Source: Eledone cirrhosa (Eukaryota). Taken from it: 64,000 bases of DNA. Made by a program: the position numbers and the translations under genes. Below the pieces are notes generated by a model. That model ran no database searches and had not been told where the DNA came from. It saw only the letters and a list, made by a program, of their open reading frames with translations. Shown in pieces: positions 56,081-64,000 of this stretch; positions within the stretch are counted from its first letter, which is position 1; the number at the start of each line of letters is the position of its first letter. Where the stretch lies: NCBI GenBank assembly GCA_964016885.1, contig OZ024742.1, positions 82,832,001 through 82,896,000 on the forward strand, written 5' to 3'.

Positions 56081-58733
56081 ATATTGAATTCACAAGAATC
56101 AAAGATATGTTCAAAACATTTATTCGCTGACAATTGTTTCTTCTAAATCTAGGCTTGGAGTCTTCGGAGCATTTTTAATGTTTGTACATATAATTGACCT
56201 CCTACTCAAGGTAAGAGGCATACAGATACATATATATATATTGATGTACAGTGTCGTGCTGATGCGACATATATTATACTATACTATATTTGTACAGTAA
56301 TTCAAATTAAGATTAAAATCAAAATTTAAAAATAAGATTACAATACATGCGACATATAATACAGATAATACAAGAGAATAGTCTAATAATCAAATCAAAT
56401 TGATAGTATATGCGTTAGTCATTTATAGAGGGATAGAACAAGCAAATGTATCATGTATATATGAGTACTGTGTGGCAAGGTATTACATGAAATACAAGCA
56501 CTTTAAGCGGGTATGTAAGTGTATTATGGTGGTTGCAGTGTGAGGATGTTTTCTGTATAGTTCAAATTTGTATGTGTGTAGAAAAAGAAAGTTATAGTTT
56601 TCACATCCATCACTATTTTCCCATCCAGAAAAGAAAGTTATAGTTTTCACATCCATCACATAAGTTACGATATATTTGTATTAAATGTTTGTTGTAGTAA
56701 TGGATTGTAATGTATTGTAACGCAATGTTATTTAATCCATATTTATAGATTAGGGTTTTACGGCTGCGAGACTTCTCGTAAATTCTTACGGCTGCGAGAA
56801 TATCTGAGGTATTCAGCAGAGCGCGCGTGCGCGTGAAATGGGGTCGGTCAGGCAGAGGTCAGCGGCCGAAGTAGTTCTTTCAATTGTGGGAGTGGGGTGG
56901 TGCTAGCTGTCAGTCCATCCTCTGCCTGTTTGGTGAATATTACTGTGTATGTGTGTGTGCGTGTGTTGTTGTCTCGCTTGAGTGTGTGTGTGTGCGTGTG
57001 TTGTTGCCTTGTTCCTCTGTATTGTCAGTGTAGTATGTTCGTATGGTTGAATGCTACTGTGTGTGCGTGCGTGTGTTGCTGTCTCGCTTGTGTGTGTGTG
57101 TGCGTGTGTTGCTGCATCGTTTGTTAACTTAAACCAACCACCTCATTTCGCTTCTCTCGGATCTGTTGTTTAGTTGTGGCCCTAGTGGTTTGATCCAAAG
57201 TGCTTCCTTGATACGTAACGTGCCGACGTTTCTTTCTGTCGCTAGAATTTTGACAATGGGCCTTCCGTCTTTGTTTCCGCATTTGGCTATGTGTTTCCGG
57301 AAAGACGAGGCCCTGGTTTTAGTGTGTTCCTTGATCAGGATGTGCAACGGCCGGATTGTACTACCTATATAGTATTGGGTGCACTTGTTACATTCTATCT
57401 TATACACGACGTATGTGCGTAGGCAACAGTTCGCATGGCGCATCGGGCAGTCTCTGAGGGAGCACGCTTCAGTTGATTTCCTGGTTTCCTGGAGAGGCAT
57501 CTTCGCAGGGAGGGGCCCGAATGGGCCAGGTGGATGTCGAGGCTCTCCACCCGTATAGCCTTGCGGATAGCGTTGGTGGTATTCTCGCCCAGGTGTGGCA
57601 TTTTAAGGAAGCACTTGCCTTGGGTGCCTCTATGTCTCTTGTGTCTGGTGTCTCCTACTCTGTCTGTGAGCGAGGTAGGGTACCCGTTCGACTCCAGCAC
57701 CTCGAGGAATCGCTTGGTATGAGTGACGCCACTCGCATGATCGCTGCATCTGTTTTTGATTCGCGCGATCTCGTTCGTGATGTATCCTCTTTTGGCACTG
57801 TTAGGCAGGGCGGACTTGTAGTTGACGAACAGGTCCCTGCAGGCTGCCTTTCGGTAGAAGTTGCAGTGGATCCCTCCCTGTTCCGTGATTTTGATTCGGA
57901 AGTCGAGGAGGGCAAGTGACCCGTCGTAGTTGGGGTGTTCAACACTGAAGTCAATGTTCTCGTCCGTGTTGTTGAACGTCTCATAGATTATGTTCGCCAT
58001 GTCTTGGGAAGATGTGAGAATGGGGATATCGTCCACGTAGCTTGAGAAAAAGGCAACGGCGTTGGGGTGGCAGGCGTTGAGTGCCTTGCGCTCGGGGCTG
58101 TCCATGTAAGAGATCGCTAGCACACCCGACAGGCTTTATCCCATGGGCAGTCCCGAGGTTTATTGGTATGTTTGATCAAGGAATCCGAAGTAGGTGTTGT
58201 CGACGACGATGGATAGGATTTCGTGGATGTCAGTGGTGGTGATGCCGAAGCAGTGTAGGTCGGTGGATTGGACGCGTTCCATCAGTATATTGACGGCTGG
58301 GTGTGCCGGGACCGAGGTGTAGAGAACGACTACATCAAGGCTGAAGGCATATCTGTTATTCTTTCTGGTGTCGGGATCCATTTGATGTAGGCGCTTCAAC
58401 ACCTCCTCGGTGCTGTTAACGTTACAGTCTTATACACGTTACAGTCTTATACACGCCACGCATCTCAACGTACACCCACTTACATCTGTCTCTCCACCCC
58501 CGGATCTTGTTTCCCAGAGATTTACCCATCTGCATTGTCGAGGCTTCCAAACGACATAAAGAAATTTACCATATATATATATATGTATCTGTATGCCTCT
58601 TACCTTGAGTAGGAGGTCAATTATATGTACAAACGTTAAAATTGCTCCGAAGACTCCAAGCCTAGGTTTGGAAGAAACAATTGTCAGCGAATAAATGTTT
58701 TGAACATAGCTTTGATTCTTGTGAATTCAATAT
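56081..58733. repeat. ~160-bp inverted arms (56081-56240 / 58572-58733), each with an HHR, bracketing a nested PLE
   Basis: Arms are reverse complements; HHR 58642-58690 (+): UUGCU / CCGAAGA / C-UCCAAGCC-UA-GGUUUGGA-A / GAAA / CAAUUG / UC / AGCGA. Confidence 0.8.
57129..58402 (-). pseudogene. Penelope-like element RT + GIY-YIG, 5'-truncated, with stops and a frameshift (3' UTR to ~56700)
   Basis: SLDVVVLYTSVP, GLPMG*SLSG.LA, YVDDI, LALLDF, FYRK; VVYKIECNKC..YYIGST.R.LH..IKEH...LRIKEALWI...LN. Confidence 0.92.
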
Positions 58734-58744
58734 ATATATATAAT

Positions 58745-59060
58745 AAAATAAACTAAAATAAATAAGTCAAATATTTAAAATTTGGCTTCGTTTATTACTG
58801 CTATATATATTTCGGTGACAGCCATCTTTGACTGTGACATCTTCAGGCAGTCCGAATTAGTGTGGTAGAGACGTGTACACATGTTGTTGAGGTGTTTAAC
58901 TTTGTCAATACTCTGATATGCCCAGTTCTTGGCTGGGTTGTTATTTCACTGAGGAACTGGAATCATATATATGATTCCAGTTCCTCAGTGAAATAACAAC
59001 CCAACCAGAAACTGGGCATATCAGTGTATTGACAAAGTTAAACACCTCAACAACATGTGT
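58745..59060 (-). mobile_element. 44187-family 3' end (HHR 58797-58851, minus strand) terminating in a ~184-bp palindrome (58877-59060)
   Basis: ACACATGTTGTTGAGG...GGAATCATATATATGATTCC...CCTCAACAACATGTGT. Confidence 0.8.
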
Positions 59061-59064
59061 AAGA

Positions 59065-59260
59065 AATAATTGTTTCTACTTTTGGCACAAGCCCATCAAT
59101 ATCCCAGTGTATTACTGGTACTTTATTTTATCGACCCCGTAAGGATGAAAGGCAAAGTTAACCTCGGCGTGATTTGAACTCAGAATGGCAAGGGCCGTCA
59201 CTCTATGCGTCAAAGCATGGTGTCCAACCCTCTAATGATACTGCCAATCCAACGCCCCTT
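59065..59260 (-). mobile_element. tRNA-derived SINE with 11-bp TSD
   Basis: Family sequence; TAAGAAATAAT at 59060-59070 and 59260-59270. Confidence 0.85.
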
Positions 59261-60040
59261 AAGAAATAATGACAACGAATTTTCTTCGAGGTAAATACTT
59301 TTAGAGGGTAGTTTGGTCATTGTGAGAATAATCATTTCTGCAGGGTCACACAAAAAATGAATATATACAGTTTAAGAACACCATTTTAACATCCACACAG
59401 GAAACGCTAACCTTGTATATATATAGTCAAAGATATACAATATTTTCACCGATTTTATGTTGAAGCAAATTATAATGATGGTAATTCATCAAACAGTAAA
59501 GTACAGCTTTTTCATTGTTACGATTATCTGTTATGATTATCTTTGATGTCTTGATTGAAAGACATCTCCACTCAAAAGGAATGATATTTAATTATAAACG
59601 GGATGTTGTTATCAATTAAGATGTATCAAACGTTTTCTTAACGTTTCAAGTTCGATTGATTTTCATACAAATGAATAGCTATGTCAAAAGTTCTAAATAT
59701 ATACAAAGCGTCTCTAAACCATATGGAGAGGCAACATACGGATCTTAAATAAATAAACAAGTTCGGTTATTTATATGTTAGTATATATTAATTAAAAGAC
59801 AAACAACATAATATTACAATGTCATTGTTTCGAATATCTCTCAGCTCTTTCATTACAGAAATGAGTTTTCAAATCATCGATGAAATATTTATGAATGCAC
59901 CAGTCACATATGCACAATCATCTTACACATTTTCAATTCTCTATTATATCTATATTACTAATTGTGTTCAGCTAAAGAAATGCGTAAATTATATACTGCA
60001 GCACTGTTAGTGTTTATCTCATGAAAGTCTCCCCATACTA

Positions 60041-60489
60041 TAACTAGACCTGAAAAATGTGCAAGCTCAAAAGAGCCACAGAATGTTATAATAAACCTTC
60101 AAAAGTGGAGGACTAGAGTTGTTGCTCAAAACTATTGTAATCATTATCTATCTTACACTCCGTGGAATCCTTTTATAAAACAGAGACTCATAACGAACTC
60201 AAGACGAAACGATAATTATTTAAGCTAATGTTCAATATCTCATATTAGATGTTTAGTAATGATTAATACGAAATGCACTTAAACTGAATTCTATACTATA
60301 CATTCACTAAAATAATTATCGTGTCGTCTTGAGTTCGTTATGAGTCTCTTTTTTATAAAAGGATGCCACAGAGTGTACGATAGATAATGCTTACAATATT
60401 GTTGAGCAACAACTCTAGTCCCACACTTTTGAAGGTTTATTATAACATTCTGTGGCTTTTTTGAGCTTGCGCATTTTCAGGTCTAGTTT
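60041..60489. mobile_element. MITE/fold-back element, ~180-bp inverted arms with ~90-bp spacer
   Basis: TAACTAGACCTGAAAA...GATAATTATTT / AAATAATTATC...TTTTCAGGTCTAGTTA; no HHR core seen. Confidence 0.75.
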
Positions 60490-62429
60490 AATATTTTTTT
60501 AAGGCAACGCTTTCAATAATCTAGTTAAACATGATATATATTAATAATAAATTATCTTTGTAATATAATTCGATTATATAATTGTTATTTTAGAAATGAT
60601 CTTATAAATATTATTGTAAGATGTATAAAAATATTTTCAGACTTTTAATATAAACAACTACAAAAACAATCAATATTAAATAAATATATTTTATATAATA
60701 ATTGTTATAGTTGAATTAATAAAAATTAAATATTGCATACACATATTCTAACATAATAATAAAAAAATAATCTAACATAATAATAATAAAATAATCTAAC
60801 ATAAAACGAACAATAATATCGACAAATATACAAGTAAATATGATAAAACCAATATTATAAGTATGTTATAACGAACTGAAAAAAAAATAGTTAATATAAA
60901 TTTAAAAAATCATATATACATTAACAATATAACTTACCAAAACGAGAAAAATATTTTCATGATAAAACGACGAAATACAGGAGGAAGATTCGAAAGCGAA
61001 ACGATAAATAAACGTGCAAACAAAATAGCGGATGCTTTTGAGCAACAATTACTCTCGTTGGTTGATTAGCAAATAAGACGATGAAATTAGCCAATAAGAC
61101 GATACATTACAAAACATGTTTGGCAGGGATCACCACGGCTAGCAACGCCCCTTGAATTTTTTATTCACAAGCTACGCATATATGTCAGACACGTAGACTT
61201 AAAACATTCTGTTGTTAGTCACTACGTGTATAACAGATACGTCAAATTAATGCAATATGTTTTTGACTAAATAATATGACATCAAAAGCCACACAACTTT
61301 ACTAATGACAGAGATGTTCTTCACTTGCAGAAAGAGAGGGGACGAAGTGGGTGGTTGCACTTAATAAAGCATGGGTTACTACATTCCTCGCATGTCAAGG
61401 CTTTTGCATAATTTTGCTTCAACAACTCAGACAGAGTACGCGTCAGAAACAAATGTCAACTAAGGAATCAAAAAGCCTGTTATGGATGCATATTGATTCA
61501 TGTACATAGTATTTGCAATGAACACACACATATATATTCACACGCACTCACACACGCAAACAGACACAGACATAGAGGGACATCACAGACAAAGATACAC
61601 ACACGCACATACCTACAAACCCGCATTTCGATTCTTCGTTGAAACCGCTTACCACCGTCTAAGAGAACATCATATATTTTGCACTACCACTTTTCGTGGT
61701 TTTACACTTAATTGTGTATATTTATAGACAGTGATTTGAAAATAAATTAACTAGCCGCCGCTTTCTTTTTAGATGACTCATCACATTCTTTTATCTTTTT
61801 TTTGTCCTTAATCATCTTTAGTATTTGAACGGTACCAATTTTTAAATCAGAATGTCAGAATCTAAATATCACAGGGAATTTTGCCCGGCGCTCAATCGAC
61901 TATTTAAATTCTATCGACCTACCTATATTCGAACAAAATGTGTTTTCATTATGAAAGTGCATTTCTCATGATAAAATGACAAGATTTTGTTGGTGAATAA
62001 AGAACACACTTAGATTTTTATTTTATTTTCGTGTGTGTTCTATTTCCTAACTCGGGCAAATGACATATATGTTTAGATTCGATGTCACTTGTCAATTTAT
62101 TCTGACATCACGAAAAGTTTGATGTATTTTTAAACATCTATGTCTTTTTCTTTCGATATCTGTGTGAAATAACATTAAGCCCTTGGGCAATACATTACTT
62201 GGACATAATCTCAATCATACATACTGCGATGGAAATATAAAATCAAATTATATTACAAGTTTTTGCAATATACATCTTCATAAATGCGTATGTACAATTT
62301 ACAAAAATAGCATTATGGCCCAAGTACATCTTTCCAAATATATCTTTTTAGCTTTTGCTGTATATCATATTATTCCCGTCTCATATTATGTATGTATCTA
62401 TGTATATATGTATGTTCTTCTGGTTTTAT

Positions 62430-63135
62430 AATAAAGAGAGACAGTTTCTAACATAGATACAAGACTCTCTCAATGGAATTTACACATCAGCTAGGTACAT
62501 ATGTATGCATGTCTGCATGCATGCATGTGTGTGCAGGTATGGATGTTATTGTATGCGTGCATGTGAATATGCTTCGTATATGTACAAGTGTATATTCAGT
62601 TATTGTATTCAGAATTTTTGGAATCTTTTTATATATTGTTACTGTTCCATTAATGGATTGTACTTGTAATTTCCTAACTAGTCGTGTTCTTTCTGTTTCT
62701 GTGAAGCCCAGCTTCTCAAGATTTGTATTGAACCAGTTACTAAAATATAATCTCAGGCATAAATTTGAAGGTATATTCATGTAGATTTCTCATTAGTTCT
62801 GCATAGATATTCTCCTTTTCGCTATTCTTTGATATCATATTGGCATCTGATGGGCAGCTAACTTCCATTACTGTGCATGCCTTCTTTTTCCTGTCCCATA
62901 TCATTATATCTGGTCTGTTGTGCCTGCATTTTGTTGGGAATGTTGGAATATTCCACCAGTACACTTTCACATTGCTGTAGCTTTAAATGTATTTATTGTC
63001 GGGGCTTTCGTTTCTGCGGATTGCATTGTATAGTGTTTGGGCCAGTACATGACATCTTTGGACAGCTGCTAATGACATGGGTGACATCTTTGATGTTAAT
63101 TCTGCAGAATCCGCACTTGTTGTCACATCTAGGTG
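62430..63135 (-). pseudogene. 3' fragment of an REL-endonuclease non-LTR retrotransposon (R4/Dong-like)
   Basis: CGFC...VTHVISSC (CCHC knuckle), WWNIP...HNRPDIMIWD...MEVSCP...K..EKENIY.EL (PD-(D/E)xK REL). Confidence 0.8.
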
Positions 63136-63199
63136 TTGTATGTATGTGTGTATCTATGTATGTATATTCGTCGGGTTTCACAATTTTATAATTTGTTAC

Positions 63200-63610
63200 C
63201 AATAAAGAGAGAAACGTCTTCTAACATAGACACAAGACACTTTCATTGGTATTTAGAAAATATCAATTAGGTAAATATGTATGTATGTCTAAATGTACGC
63301 GCATGAGTGTGTGTGTGTGTGTGTAAGTGTGTGTCTGTGTTTGTCTGTGTGTAGGTATGGATATTGTTGTGTAATGGGATCTGTATGGTTTCAGTCATAG
63401 CTGTACACGTGCATATGTTTGGTATCTTTGCATATGTATATGCAGTTATTTCATGCAGAAATTGTGCAATGGTTTACACTTTTCTACACTTCTATTAATG
63501 GATTCTACTTGTAACTTCCTAACTAGTCATTTTCGTACTGGTTCTGCGAAGCCTAGCTTTTCAAGATTTGTTTTGAGGCAGTTATTATCATATCCCAGAA
63601 GGCACAGACA
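63200..63610 (-). pseudogene. Second, shorter 3' fragment of the same REL-LINE family
   Basis: NLEKLGF.E..R..LVRKLQV.SIN peptide and AATAAAGAGAG...TCTAACATAGA.ACAAGAC end shared with 62430-62740. Confidence 0.75.
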
Positions 63611-64000
63611 GGGTGGAGTATCTGCAGATCCCTCCTTAGTTTACATATACGTATGTATGCATGTATGCACGTACGCATGTATGTATGCATATATGTTCTG
63701 TCTTACTCTCAATTTTGAGTTAATTGTTAATGTTGTTTTGGTCACCTTCCCGGTTGCAAGGTTTTAAACAATGGGAAATTTTAGTCTCTTGTGTAAAATT
63801 TTATCATTTGGACCGTAAAGGTATTATGAATTTGTCAGCTTCCATATATGTCCTCAATGAGTAGCTCCTGAATTAAGGAGCTAGGATATTTCTCTACACA
63901 TCCAAGTATTTAGGTTTGAGTGAGTTGCTGTATAACCTGGTGGTTAAATAACAATGGTTATGAAGGTGGATATGCAAATTCCTGATCAATGGTCCGTAGA

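Noticed and set aside
56755-56822. Expected HHR in the 3' UTR of the 57129-58402 PLE
   Set aside because: Only TCTG-CTGAATA-CCTCAGA and a 14-bp duplication are seen; no stem II or GAAA, so at best a deleted remnant

Overview
AT-rich, microsatellite-dense eukaryotic non-genic DNA. The SINE types and (TA)n/(CA)n/(GA)n load suggest a mollusc, probably an octopus-like cephalopod (inference). No host protein-coding exon is recognisable, and most listed ORFs are microsatellite artefacts. Recognisable coding remnants are decayed Penelope-like elements (PLE; RT and/or GIY-YIG), a Helitron helicase fragment and R4/Dong-like REL-endonuclease LINE ends. There are also about a dozen tRNA-derived SINEs and a nested TIR element. 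The main signal is a set of more than 20 type I hammerhead ribozyme (HHR) motifs from about 8 unrelated families, mostly in (TA)n-flanked fold-back ('tail-out') inserts. The highlight is a near-identical 310-bp tandem array (8 full + 1 partial + 1 inverted unit, 46992-49951) with an intact-looking HHR in every unit, resembling a retrozyme or circular-RNA-derived insertion. All calls are by eye, with no database searches.
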